A stretch of 63,703 nt of DNA, filler included, from Octopus bimaculoides (lineage: Eukaryota), in NCBI RefSeq assembly GCF_001194135.2. It is 4 parts of 4 records of this genome, joined end to end, with 100 filler letters (N's around TTAATTAATTAA, not from the genome) between each part and the next. Parts side by side here need not be neighbours in the genome. Positions count along the whole stretch, not along the records: positions 17,173 to 42,791 come from NC_068988.1; positions 42,892 to 62,523 come from NC_068982.1; 2 more parts are not named here. One strand, 5' to 3'. The number at the start of each line of letters is the position of its first letter. Within the stretch, counting starts at the first letter, position 1. Made by a program: the position numbers and the translations under genes. The notes beneath the pieces were generated by a model. The model searched no databases. It saw nothing but the letters and a program-made list of their open reading frames with translations, and was not told the DNA's origin. Positions 33,897-47,312 of this stretch are shown in pieces.

Positions 33897-36300
33897 CCAG
33901 CTGTAGTTACTCGGTGTTGTTTCCGATATTGTTTTGGGTGAAGTAGCGAGTTGGACGGAGCTTCTCTTCTTTGCGTCTCCTGCCGCGATGTAGGTTCATC
34001 TGGTATCTCAGACAGAAACCTGTCCAGACGTTCCTTGAAAACTTCCACATCAACACCATGTAGATCTCTAAGGTTGCCTGGAAGGATGTTGAACAATTGC
34101 ATGTCCTTGAAACCCAGACTATTGCAGTACTGTGTCCTTATTTTAGAAGGAAAAGACGGGATCTTTGGTATAATGCAGTGCCGTCCAGTTCGATGATTGG
34201 TATAGCTGTCAATTTCAAAATTGTGTGCTAAACCCTCCAAGGTTTTCCAAATGTATATCACTGCATATCTCTCTTGTCTTCTCTCCAGGAAACAGAGACT
34301 CAGCTCCTTTAGCCTCACCCAGTAGCTCATCTTTTGCATTGAGTCAATCTTCTTTGTGTGTTGGCGCTGGATTGCTTCGAGTCCCACAGTTTGTTTCACA
34401 CTCTCTGGGGACCATAGTTAGGAGTAGTAGTCCAAGCGGCTGAGAACGAAAGTCTTCCATAGGGGTAGCAGGGCTTCCCTTTTCCTGGTTCTGAATGTCC
34501 TCAGAATCCATCCAGCCACTCGCCTGCACAGTGTTGCCATCTTGGTAATATGCACATGGAATGTTGCATCATTGCTCATGTGAACCCCCAGGTCGCACAT
34601 CGACTCTGACTCATATTACCTTCTGGTCCAGTGTATTCCGATTTCAGCCTGGTGTTGGACCGATAGTGGAGTGCCTGAAATTTCATAGCATTGAACTGCA
34701 TGTTATTTTTGTTAGCCCATTTGTAGATTTCGTTCAGGTCTTTCTGCAGTTTTATGATGCCCTCTGGGTTCCTAACTGCCTGCGATACTTTTTTATCGAC
34801 AGCATAACTGGTCAGATTGGCTGACTGTACCGTGGTGGGCATGTCTGAGAGGGCCACCACAAATAGTAGTGGCCCCCAGTACAGTTCCTTGTGGAACTCC
34901 GATGAGAATTGGTGTCTCTTCAGAGTGAGCACCATTGGCTACAACTGCCTGACTCCTGCCCTTCAGAAAATCATGCAGCCACTCTCCCAGTTTCCCGGTA
35001 ATACCAAGGTTTCGCAGCTTGTGACATATCATGCCATGATCAACCTTGTCGAAAGCCTTGGCAGAGATATATCACGTCTACACCTGACTGGTTTAGCTGT
35101 TGCTTCTGTACCCAGTCAAAGTGCTGCAGCAACTGTATGTGGCAGCTCCTCTCTGGACGGAAGCCATGTTGCCTGTTTGTGAGAAGGTTGTTATCTTCTA
35201 GGAAAGTGATCAGCCTTTTTCTGACAATGCGTTCCATTGTCTTGCTAACATGTGAGGTCAGAGAGATAGGCCTGTAGTTTTTAGCATCTACTTTGCTCTC
35301 TTCTTTATGGATAGCGCATATTATACCCTCTTTTAGCATGTTGGGAAGTTTACCACATGTAAGGACACTCTGAAAGAGTATCTGTAGTGGCTTTGCAAGA
35401 GCAGTGTTTACATATCTTTAAGAGAACAGCTGGGAGTCCATCTGGGCCCGTTGCTGAGTTTGATCTCATCTAATCAATGGCCGATATTTCATCCTCTTCT
35501 GTTATGTTGATGTAATCGATGGTTGCCTCTTTTCCGAATAGATTCATTACATTGAAAAACTTCTTCGGTTTGTTTATTTGCACATTTTCCAGTGGAGAAG
35601 TGAAAACATTTGGAATTGTTTATTTATGCTTCACTTATCTTCCCCGGGTCTGCAGTTAGTGAACCGTTTTTATCAAATAGTGGCCCTATTTTATAGCGTA
35701 CTGAGGCAGACTCCTTAGCCAACGTGTAGAAGGCTTTAGGATTTCTTTTTATATTTTCGACTGCCCAATTTTCCCTTTCTTCTGTTTCTTTTCATAGGGG
35801 ATTTTGAGTTTATTTTCTATCTCGAAGAGTTCCTCTGTCAGGTGGGATTTCAAACTGTCATTAAGGTGTTTGTTTAAACGATTCGAGATCTTTATTCTCC
35901 GCCGCATGAGTATTCTCCTGTCTCGGGGAATGATGTTTTTGTGTGTATTGGCTCCCTTCTCTGGGATATATTTAATGCATATGGTTCGCATTATTGACAT
36001 GAATTTATTGAGTTTTATATCTATGTCTTGCATAGAGTGACTTTTAGGCCAGTCCTTCTAGAGTATCTGTTTATCAAGTGACTTCCAGTCAGCCTTATAG
36101 AAATGTAGGCTGGATAGGGTTTGAGCGCCATCTGTACGGAGATTATCTTTAGTTAATTCCGGGTCGGTCTTCCAACCAGACCAATTTGTGACAGCAGACT
36201 TAATTTTGGCTTTGTCGTCATGTTTATAGTTTGTTCTTAAAGTATATTCTTATTTTCAAATACCTGTACCCAACTCTCGGGATTTAAATCTGATCTTACT
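33897..36300 (-). mobile_element. CR1/Jockey-group LINE ORF2 (RT), degenerate
   Basis: NYRPISLTSHVSKTMER, QHGFRP.RSC, GVPQGTVLG/PLLF, YAVDKKV (YADD) and C-terminal LERRQERYAVIYIWK; many frameshifts. Confidence 0.92.
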
Positions 36301-37164
36301 TCGACATTGGTTTAGTTCATCCATCTGTTCAAACCACATATGGAAGATTTAATAGTCAGTTTGCACCTGTTCCGTTGTCCTCTCAAATATGAGATACAGC
36401 TGTTAGTCAGAAAAGAGAAATACATGGCCTTTGCAGTCCCTCTCAAACTGCTGAGATTGATGCAGTCGTTGTTGATCGTAGATGCACTGTGACACAGGTC
36501 AACTTTTCATGTGAATGAAAACAATACGCGTTATTGATAATTAACTTGCTAGATTATGTTTAAGTAGGCACGATTGTCATTTTCTCTTTAAGCAATATAC
36601 AGAATTATATCAAAAGCTCTGTCGTTGTAATCTTATCGGAGAAGAGTAGAAAACCACTCACAGAAACAAACCGAAATGGCTTAAGAAGTATGTTCATTTG
36701 GTTTTGCAGTACGACTCGGTAGAAGCGACGATTTTCCATGTGAGGACACAAAGAGTACTCCATTGTTCTTGTGCCAAGAACTTTATGATACACGTGTAAA
36801 TGTGACATATAGAACACACCACCACTTAATGTATATCAAAGGATGTGTGATACATGGTAAAATAAAACACTTTAAACATTCTTCTTCAGAGAATTGCAAG
36901 CATTGATTACATATTTCGAAAATCTCGAGTTGTTCGATTGAAAATGTCGGAAAATGTAGATTATTGTAGAAGACAGCAAGTCAGAGAGCCACAAGTTAGA
37001 TAGTACAGACCAGCGAAAGGCTACTCTGCCATGATCACCACCACCATCAAAATAATAACATCTCAGTACTAGCATCAATAACAGCGACCAGTTGTGTCCA
37101 TCGACTACAGCAACAACTTCAGAAAAGTACATCCGCAACACTCCCGAGAATGAATGTACCACCC

Positions 37165-37205
<41 letters not shown>

Positions 37206-37719
37206 ACAACAACAACAGCAACAATGACTTCTGAATTTACACAGAAAAATCTGTTTAGGAACCTACCAGAAATCATTACAGATTTACAAGAAGGTCGTAC
37301 GTGATTGAATCGTCCTGCAAATTCCCTTTAAAAAAAAAGCTTACCTACGGGTTTCATTTAACTCTTAAACTAGTGGCTTCCTGTCAGGTCGCACCATCAA
37401 GAGGTGTGCTGATAGAGACTTCTCTGGCCCACACTTTATCAATTCTGTTGAGTTCGAAGGTGCGGTTTTGTTTATCACTCTCTTCCTCTTTTACATAAAC
37501 GGTGCCCATTCCTACGCAGACATAAGCAGCCTTCATTCTTTCATAACTTTCTGCCCCAAGCGTTCTTCACATGTATCCCGGGCAACTCTGCTATGACTCA
37601 TGGTCATAGTAGATTTGACCTCGACGTATCTTTGAATGGAGTACTGTTCCAACATCTGGGAGTGTGCTGCTGCTATATATGTGCAGCATAAACTTGCACA
37701 ATCACCAGCAGGTCTATAG

Positions 37720-37890
37720 AATGACAATCTCCATCGCAGAGAGTATTGGTTGTATAACTGGCTACGTTGAGGCTTTCAACAACTTAGATCAATCTAAAGT
37801 ATTCGATAGAGTTGACTCTCATGAACTGGCTATCCTAAATGCAATCTATTTTTGTCCTGTTTTCAAAATAAAGGTTTGATAGCTTCTTTA
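37720..37890 (+). mobile_element. Tx1/L1-like RT fragment
   Basis: NLDQSKVFDRVD matches the LDQSKAFDRVDH RT motif. Confidence 0.65.
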
Positions 37891-37959
37891 TAACAGGGGC
37901 TCCTGCTCGGAACTCAGACAAAGTAATCATCAAGCGAGTTGTTTTGACCACATACTCGT

Positions 37960-38548
37960 TTATCTGAGGACATATACCGAGAGTGATAAAAATCAAATAT
38001 CCAGTCAACTTCATGGTGTTTGGAGTGATCACTAATGATGGCGACATTATGCCTCCATTCATCTTCTCACACGGCCTCACACTCAACACGAAGGCCTATA
38101 TCAAGTGCCTAGAAGAGGTAGTGCTGCCCTGGGTCAAGTGGGTGGCTGCTGGAAGACCCTATGTTTGGCAACAGGATTCTGCACCATGTTACACAAGCAG
38201 GAGAACACAGTCATGGCTGTCAGATAATTTCTGCGACCACATCACTCCTAACATCTAGCCACCTAACTCTCCAGACTGCAACCCCCTTGATTATTATGTG
38301 TGTGGCGCAGTTGAACGAGAGACCAACACAATTCCATGTAACACCAAAGATGAATTGTAGTCAAAGATTATGGCACCATTCACCAACTTAAACAAGGAGA
38401 CCGTCCAGAAGAGTTGCAGGAGAATGCGAAGTCATCTGGAGGCTGTGGTTGAAGCCAATGACGATATTATTTCAAGATATTTTTATGTAATTTTGATAAA
38501 TAAATCATTTTTGCGTAATTTAGACGACATTTTATTTTTCGCACCTTG
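37960..38548 (+). mobile_element. maT-type (DD37D) Tc1/mariner transposon 3' half with right TIR
   Basis: WQQDSAP...*PPNSPDCNPLDY has 37 residues between the 2nd and 3rd Asp; in-frame TAG at 38256; ends cgcaccttg|TA. Confidence 0.85.
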
Positions 38549-39066
38549 TATATATATAATCATTGATATCACATTAAACTGGATCTGGTGGTGAGGCTCT
38601 AGTTCGATAGTTCTGGAGTTCTGGAGTTTCCTCTTAATTGCCCCAGGTCCGTTCTGCTTCGGAACAGTCGAACCTATCTACGCGTTAAATTTCCCCGTGG
38701 TAGATTGGGTTCTCGTTGTTTTTGACAAAGTCGCAGAGAAGACAGCTCGTCTAGGAGAAAGATATTCTGACATAAATCTTGCAGTTAAAATAGTGCCAGT
38801 CACCTTACAATGCTCGCCACTGCTATGGCGACGGAGAAAGTGGCAAAAGTGTTGTACAAGCTTTTGTCACTTAAATCCATTGATGTATAGACGTCACACT
38901 ATCATTTGTATTTTATAAAGTCCAAAGCGGAGGATGCGTGACGATGTGTAAAGTCATAACTACTCAGATGCAGGGAGGAAAATAAATCAGGACAATCAGG
39001 CTGAATGTGAAACGGCTATCAACTAAGATGAGGCAATCACACGCGCGCGCGCGCACACACACACAC

Positions 39067-39149
<83 letters not shown>

Positions 39150-39409
39150 AGCTTCGCAACAGCTTCAGTCAATAAAATTTCAAGAACAAGTCCCTTGGAC
39201 AATTCAAAGATTCTGCCGAATGTGCTGCACAGTTATATTGAAGCTGAAATCACCAGAATGCGAAGCAAAATTCCTAGTTATACGGCCATGTTGTCACATA
39301 TGGGAAATGTTGGTTCAGGATAAACACCGCTTCAATTTCTGTTCATTTGAAATGAGTTCATATAATACTGCGCTAAGGCTACGACATCTCCAGTGCTTCC
39401 TTGACGGTG

Positions 39410-39900
39410 AATAGATGTGGTCGCCGATCGCCAAACACGTATTTCCGCAGTTAGTTTCTATAACGGCGCTGCAGTCCTGGGTAAAACAAAGACCGAGGGG
39501 GAGTATTTGGAAAGCGGATGCCTTCAAGTGTTCACAGCCCTCAGCCAATCGGACAGTGCGATAGGTGGAACGTACACTTTAGCTTTTTATAGAGGATTAA
39601 TGGAGGAAAAGTGCTACGGCATTCTTGGAGAATTTTCGGGTCGGGACCGATGGATAATTTCCAAAGATTTATGGCCTGGCAGTGCTACTGGGGAGCTTTG
39701 CCTGTTTGAGATAAACTTTACCGGCACGGAAGTGCTGTCAGCCGAGCATGTCCGAGATGCATGTAGGACGACGAGACGGTCCTGCATGCACTCGTCCAAT
39801 GCCCGAGCATTGTTGACGTGTGGGTTTATATCATGAAGATCGTCCCGCCGCCTTCCTTTAGCCTGTTTTTATATGCCTGGTGGCCATGGCGAAAGAAGTT
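39410..39900 (+). mobile_element. Tx1/L1-like ORF2 3' fragment (zf-RVT CCHC)
   Basis: One frame reads AWQCYWGALPV*DKLYRHGSAVSRACPRCM*DDETVLHALVQCPSIVDVW. Confidence 0.8.
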
Positions 39901-40157
39901 GTATGGTTGACTACTTCTGTAGTTGATTCCACTGTTAAAGATAATAATGGTGATAAGAATTTGTGTGTGTCGGAGTGGTGGTGGAGGGTTGTTTCCACAT
40001 AAGATATGAGATTTTTAGATAATGGAATAAATGTGAGTCGGTGACATTCATATCTTCTCCTCGGGGAAGCAGTTCTAGCTGAGAATCGATGCCAAAGTCA
40101 TTGATTAGCAAGGATAAACTCCAAACATTTATGCTACACCACTTATTATTCTTATTC

Positions 40158-40200
<43 letters not shown>

Positions 40201-41129
40201 GGTGGTGGTGGTGGTGGTGGTGGTATTGTGGGATGACGATAGATTGAAAACAGTTCTATTACCAGGTGTATTAATGCATGCGGTGTTGTTACTAGCAGGA
40301 ATTCATAGTATATTCAAGGATGATAGTGATGAGGGTGATGGTGATGATTTTGAAGATAAGGTTTCTCATTTTAAGTATTCCCTGAAGATTTCTGTATACT
40401 TTTGGATCTGATATATAATTTGTTTTTGTTACATACGAAAGAAAGGCTACTACTAAATAGACATAGTACAGTTTATGTTTATTAAGATACAGCTAATGAA
40501 TCACTCTGTTGTTGAATTGAGGCCTGAAGTTTCCTGAAATACCACATGCAGTGAATCATCACCTGTTTCTAACAGTTTATAACCTAGACCTGTAGTATTT
40601 AGAGTTTTACAGTTGTAAAACACACATATCTGAATGATCAGATTTTCTTTTGCATCAACGATACTTTAAGTAAGACAGAGCTAAGCTATATTCAGATTTA
40701 ATCCATTGTTACTCAGTATTTAAAATTTTTTTTGCATTGCATGTATTTTAGCCAAAATTGAACTGAATTCAGCAATGGAGTGATTCATCAGTTGTTTTCT
40801 AATTGATGTAAACTTGTAAGGCGCCAAGGTCGACTTTGCCTTTAATCCTTTCGACGTCGATAAATTAAGTACCAGTTGAAGGGGGCTGAAGACAAACACT
40901 TTTTTCTTTGGCCAATCTCTGATGAACTTTTCCAAGTTTCNNNNNNNNNNCCTGCCCCAAAAGTCAGGGCATCCATGGCTTTTGTGGGGGTTTTCCATGA
41001 GCAGCCTTCGAATAGCTCTTCCCTACTGAGAATTGCTAATTGTTGATCTTATTTAAAAAAAAAAAAATTATTAGTCTTGTTTACACACAAACCCTCACAA
41101 CTACACACACTCACACACATTATTATTAC

Positions 41130-41189
<60 letters not shown>

Positions 41190-41193
<4 letters not shown>

Positions 41194-41725
41194 GAGTGAG
41201 AGAGCAGCACAGGCCTTCAAAGTGATGCTGGGGTACAAATATACGAAGCCCAACATACCCATCATGATACCCCGTCTGGTAAGGGTACGCTAGGCACATG
41301 CATCACAACCATATGTGCACGATATGGTGACCTTCTATCAGGATAAACATCGAATGACCTGGGACCCCAGTTGGAATTTTCTCCAGGTCGAGTAGCCCGC
41401 CCCACTTAAAAGCTCCCTGAATAAGAGATGCTTAAAGATGATGAACGAAAAACCCATGTTTCCAAGAGTGAATTATTCAAACCCCAAAGAATCCTTCTCA
41501 ACACATGGTCATGATGCTCGTGATCAGCGATGCACATATCGTCAGCAACTAAAGGACATGTTCAACTGGTTAAGGTCAAGCTACTGACAGGTAAATCTGT
41601 GGTACTGAGCAGAATATTTGCGGTAGCCTATCTTTTACATAAAGACAAAACATGTACATGTTAGCACTTCCAATCAGTTAAGACCAGAAACCATTAAAGG
41701 TACTGCCTGGTATTGCACCAGGACA
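41190..41725 (-). mobile_element. Family D retroposon-like repeat
   Basis: Reverse complement of 3960-4515; (ATT)n tail at 41120-41191. Confidence 0.75.
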
Positions 41726-41755
41726 GTTGTTATCATTATTATTATTATTATTATT

Positions 41756-41859
<104 letters not shown>

Positions 41860-41865
41860 CATTAT

Positions 41866-42484
41866 TCAGTAGTTTTATTTTTATAGCGTACTTTCACTTC
41901 ACTACCGAGCGCAGCTCTGTGTGCCTTGGGTATGTGCTGTGGTTTGCTGTGATGCTCTTATGGTTACTGTATTGAAAGAGCTTTGCGTAGGATGTGTGCA
42001 GTGCTCAGTAGTGCAATTTTATGTATGTTACATATATTTGTAAGTCCTGGTGTTTTTGTTGTGTATTTGTCTGAATATTTTTTATCATACCTAAGGCGCC
42101 TACTGTGAGAGGAATTGTTTCTGTTTTTAGATTCCACATTCGAGTTACCTCTATTTCCAGGTCTTTGTATTTTGAAAGTTTTTCCATTTCTTTTAGGGAA
42201 ACGTTGTCATCTGCTGGTATTGATACATCAGTTAGAAAGCATTTTTTTCCTTCATGATCTTTGACAACTATATCTGGTCTATTTGCCTTAATTTCTCTAT
42301 CTGTGTGTATTGGCATATCCCAGAGTATGGTTGCTTTCTCGTTTTCTGTGACCTTTTCTGGCGTGTGTTTATACCATGTTTTTTCTGTTTTTATTCCTTA
42401 GTGTTGGCATAGCTTCCAGCGTATGTAGGTCCTAGCTCTGTCGTGTCTGTGAATATATTCCTGCTTAGCCAGGACCGGGCAGCC
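41866..42484 (-). mobile_element. R4/Dong-like 3' end with REL domain
   Basis: ORF 42005..42316 ANRPDIVVKD..DVSIPADDNV..KLSKYKDLEIE; (ATT)n on both sides. Confidence 0.88.
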
Positions 42485-42497
42485 ATTATTATTATTA

Positions 42498-42581
<84 letters not shown>

Positions 42582-42595
42582 TTATTATTATTATT

Positions 42596-42791
42596 ATTTT
42601 ATGTTTGACTTTTGTTTTGCATTTGTACAAGTTGGATCCAAGTCTCACCCAGAGACCTCAAGAGACAACAAGTTAGAAGTTCATGTAGGTGTTATGCCTA
42701 GGGTACCATATATTTGGATTTGTACAGTTTTGTTCAAGTGAATGTTTAAGAAACCATAAGAAAATTATGTGTTTGCTTTAAAATTTGAGAT
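42596..42791 (-). mobile_element. R4/Dong-like 3' UTR (subfamily of 3058-3352)
   Basis: Reverse complement of about 3140-3340. Confidence 0.8.
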
Positions 42792-42891
42792 NNNNNNNNN
42801 NNNNNNNNNNNNNNNNNNNNNNNNNNNNNNNNNNNTTAATTAATTAANNNNNNNNNNNNNNNNNNNNNNNNNNNNNNNNNNNNNNNNNNNN

Positions 42892-42932
<41 letters not shown>

Positions 42933-43129
42933 TATGTATGTATGTATGTATGTATATTAATGTACAACATCGATCCTAGTACTAATTATTTAAAAACTGG
43001 TACATCAATGACACCTTCATCTAGAAGATGAGACTATGATGGCCTAAAAATATTGTGAGATTTGGGTATTCTATTTTTCTAAACTGCAAAATCTCACGAC
43101 AAAATGTATATATGAATAAAAAAAAACTG

Positions 43130-43442
43130 ACACTCCGTCGGTTACTACAACGTGGGTTGCAGTTGATCCGATAAACGGAACAGGCTGCTCATGAAACTAA
43201 CATGCAAGTGGCTGAGGATTCCATGTACCATTAATCAAGTTCTCAGGGAGATTCAGCGTGATACAGAATGTGACAGGGCTGGTCCCTTTGAATTACAGGT
43301 ACTAATCATTTTTAACAGCTGGGTAGATTGGAGCAACGTGAAAAAAAGTGTCTTGCTCAGAGATACAAGGAACTGCCGGGAACTGAACCCACAACCTTAC
43401 GATCTTTAGTCGAATACCCTTAACACTAAACCACGCACCTTC
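43130..43442 (-). mobile_element. tRNA/CORE-like SINE (family A body)
   Basis: Minus strand gcgtggtttagtgttaaggg..gggttcagttccc..gagcaagacac..aattcaaaggg. Confidence 0.75.
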
Positions 43443-43519
43443 ACGGACAATAAATATATAAGAGATAAATAATAATAAAAAAAGATATGAAACTAGGACA
43501 CGATCATGTTTTTAATAAT

Positions 43520-43660
43520 CCTTTCTACGATAGGCAACTGGTACTTAATTATCGACCCCGAAAGGATGACAGGCAAAGTTGACCTCGGCGGAATTTGAAC
43601 TCAGAAAATAGTGGTATTTCGCCCGGCGAGCGAACGATTCGGCCAGCTCGCCGCCTTTCG
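43520..43660 (-). mobile_element. SINE family B
   Basis: tcgaccccgaaaggatgacaggcaaagttgacctcggcggaatttgaactcag. Further minus-strand copies at about 47320-47460, 47505-47625 and 51460-51645. Confidence 0.8.
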
Positions 43661-44039
43661 TGTTTTAAATAATAGCAATGGTTCTCCGTCGGTTTCGGCG
43701 ATTAGCATTCGATTGTTCGATTAACTGAATTACCTTTTCATTGAATTACCGTGTATAAGTGGCCGAGTATATCGCAGACACTTACCATGAACGTAATTGC
43801 GTAATTCTCCGGTAAGAATCAGCGTAACACAGAGTGTGATAAAGTGGTAACCTTTTGAATTCTAGGCACAATCCACCCGACAGGCTTCTGCACAGTTTCA
43901 GCCTACAGATTTTCACTCACTGGACATGGATCTGTCCAAGGCTTTTATTAAAAGACATCGTCCCATTATGCCGCAGAATAGGATCGACCCTGAGACATTG
44001 TGATTGCCAAGAGAACTTCTTAAAAATTTGGCCATACTG

Positions 44040-44643
44040 CGACTATTCTATTTTTAATGTGTGTGCGTGTATGTGTGTGTATGTATGTGTGTATGTGTGT
44101 GTGTATATGTGTGTATGTATGTGTGTATATGTGTGTATGCGTGTATTTGTGTATGTGTGTGTATGTGTGTGTGTATGTGCATGTGTGTGTATGCGTGTAT
44201 GTTTGTATGTGTGTGTATGTGTGTGTATGTGAATATGTGTGTCTATGTGTTTGTATGTGTGTATGCGTGTATGTGTGTGCATGTGTGCCTGTGTGTATGT
44301 GTGTAAGTGTGTGTATGTGTGTGTGTGTTTTAATTGACATAGATGTGTCTGTGCGTCTGTGTTTTTAATAGACTCACGCACGCATATAAATGTGTGCGTG
44401 CGTGCTCACGCGTGTGTGTGTGCGTGTGTATATTTGATAGACATATATTTATATCTCACTCTATGTGCGCATGCGTGTTTCAAACACACACACACACACA
44501 CACACACACATGCGCAAACACATTTATATCTCTCTGTGGTGTGTGTGTGAGACTGTGTGTTTGTGTGTGTTTGCATGCGTACTTATAATAAACACAGGTT
44601 TATATCTGAATGTGTTCAATAGGCACACATACATTCATATCAG

Positions 44644-44680
<37 letters not shown>

Positions 44681-44800
44681 GTGCGCGCGTGTGTGTGTTT
44701 CTTCTAATAGATACACGCATCCATATCTGTGTGTATCTTTTAAACACACACAGACATATTTATATCTCTGTATGTGTAAACAAAAAATTATTTCATCTGT
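44040..44800. repeat. Degenerate (GT/GTAT)n simple repeat
   Basis: Direct inspection; comparable tracts at 56160-57085 and 17170-17730. Confidence 0.9.
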
Positions 44801-45159
44801 TGATTAAAACACATTAAACCATTGAAACAAACACCCGTTTCTCTTTGATGAGGACGACAGCCCTCACTTCACTTCGCATCATGGAGCTTTCTATATATTT
44901 AATGCAACAAAGACTCACAAAACAATATTCTGTTGTGACAGAATCGATAATAACTTTTATGACCAAATCCAGCGAGTTTTTCGGTCAAATATCTTAGTTA
45001 TTATACTTCTTGTTTCTTAGACACCAACTGCGAACCTGTGAAGAGAAAAAGTTGCCTTGGATAAGAACATACACGTACATACATACATACATACATACAT
45101 ACATACATACATACATGCACGCATGCACACACATACACACATAAATATATGTATGAGAA

Positions 45160-45456
45160 AAAAAGAAAATGGGGGAAATTGACGTATAGACATCAGGTTA
45201 TTCAAAGATATTCAAATCCATATAATATGAAATTCTTATCTCTACAGCCGTTTCCATATCCAATTAATTCAATTACAAAAATTAAATTAAATTAAATTAA
45301 ATTAAAATTTTCATATTGAAACTGGGTAATTGGGTATTTCATTGAATTAATTGGCTATGGAAACGGCTGTAGGGATGAGAATTTCATATTATATTATTGA
45401 TTTGAATATCTTTGGATAAATTGATGTCTATACGCCATTTTCTCCATTTTCTTTTT
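45160..45456. mobile_element. Foldback/MITE element, arms about 110 bp
   Basis: tatagacatc..gatattcaaat..atatgaaattct..ctacagccgtttccata..caattaattcaat is mirrored at 45341-45456; spacer contains (AAATT)n. Confidence 0.8.
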
Positions 45457-46310
45457 ATCATTCATAAATATTTTTAATACCCACATCCATCAATGCAAAA
45501 CTAATGTATTTAGTTTTTCACTGAACACTGGTATAAACCGGTGAACTAGGATGCAAACATCCCTTAAAGGATTATAGGTCCTTGGAATGATTAAAATGAA
45601 TTATAACCTTGCTGGTTAGGTAGGCAACATCATGGCGTATAAGTGACTGAGATCACAGCATTCCTCTTAAACCGGACGCCACTCCATCGCTGTTTTTAGA
45701 TTTACAGCTGAGTGGAATGGAGCCACATGGAATGAAGTGTTTTTCTTCTCAAGAACACAACGCACATCCCGGGCGAAACCACGATCTTATGATCGTGTGT
45801 ACAACACCCACACTACTAGGCAACGCCACTCCCCACCGCACTCGCCTGGTACTGGCTGTGACATGAAACTCGAGTTACAAGACCGACTCGTTTCTTTTAA
45901 TTTCAATAAGAAAACTGCATATATATATCTATATGTATTTACACACACAACACACACACACACACACGCCTCTCTTTTACACACACAGATCGGNNNNNNN
46001 NNNNNNNNNNNNNNNNNNNNNNNNNNNNNNNNNNNNNNNNNNNNNNNNNNNNNNNNNNNNNNNNNNNNNNNNNNNNNNNNNNNNNNNNNNNNNNNNNNNN
46101 NNNNNNNNNNNNNNNNNNNNNNNNNNNNNNNNNNNNNNNNNNNNNNNNNNNNNNNNNNNNNNNNNNNNNNNNNNNNNNNNNNNNNNNNNNNNNNNNNNNN
46201 NNNNNNNNNNNNNNNNNNNNNNNNNNNNNNNNNNNNNNNNNNNNNNNNNNNNNNNNNNNNNNNNNNNNNNNNNNNNNNNNNNNNNNNNNNNNNNNNNNNN
46301 NNNNNNNNNN

Positions 46311-46372
<62 letters not shown>

Positions 46373-46649
46373 TTCACGCATATATGCCTGACATGCGAAT
46401 TAAAAACAAGTTTAGAAAACAAGCCTGACGTTATAGACATGAAAGTAGTTCTGTATAGCGAGGCTACATGAATTTACTGTTCGAAAAGGCGGTTTCGTAT
46501 CTTCATTCTATTATCATTTCCTTGTTTCTGTCGTCTGGCGAGCGCGCACTTCATTTCTGTATTCTAGGCGTAACAGCTACACCCAAAAAATTTTGCCCAC
46601 GTGACATTAGTTTTGGCGGGAAAAATAAAGTCGGATACTTTTGAACGCA

Positions 46650-46820
46650 CCTCGTACACGACAGGTTTCTTTCAGTTTCCATCAATCGAATCCACTCACA
46701 AAGCTTTGGTTGACCCGAGGATATAGTAGAAAATACTTGGCCATAGTGTTACGCAGTGAGACTGAACCAAGAGCCATGTGGTTGGAAAGCTAGCTTCTTA
46801 CCACACACCCACGCCTGCAC
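46650..46820 (-). mobile_element. tRNA-derived SINE family C
   Basis: Minus strand gtggtaagaagctagctttccaaccacatggc..ggttcagtctcactgcg. Homologues at 61665-61810 and about 55020-55140. Confidence 0.75.
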
Positions 46821-46854
46821 CTCTGACTGGAGAAGAAATGAGTTTGATTAACAG

Positions 46855-47312
46855 AAAGTAGTTTCACGTTGGTTAAACTACTTTCGTATGTCGAGCGGGG
46901 ACATTATCTTGATGTTGAAGACACTAGTTTCGTATGGCGAAGTAAGACATTAGTCTGAGTTTAGAGAGAATATTAAAGCAAGGGTAGATATTAATTTGAA
47001 GTTGGACAATGCAGTTTAAATAGCGAGGACAAAATTAGATTGATTTGGAGAACGTGGTTTCGTATAGCGAGGGAAGATATGAGAGAGTAAACATCAGTTT
47101 CACGTTAAAGAAATGTATGAGATTGATTCGGAAAAGGTGGATTCGAATGGAAAGGAAAAAACATTAGCTTGACATTGGAGAATGTATCATAGTTTCGTAT
47201 GACGAGGGTAGAGATTAGTTTGACGTTAGAGAAATTAGTCTTGTATGCCGAAGGTAGACGTTTAGTTAATGTTGAAAAATGTAGTTTCGTATAATGAGGA
47301 AAGACATAGGTT
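46855..47312. repeat. Degenerate minisatellite, about 45-bp unit
   Basis: Recurring tagtttcgtat(g/a)..gagg..acattag..tga.gtt.gagaa at about 46879, 46924, 47055, 47189 and 47282. Confidence 0.65.

Noticed and set aside
36600-36830. Possible piggyBac-like Cys-rich C-terminus (FPCEDT..LFLC)
   Set aside because: Too few conserved Cys/His, and no TTAA-flanked TIR seen.
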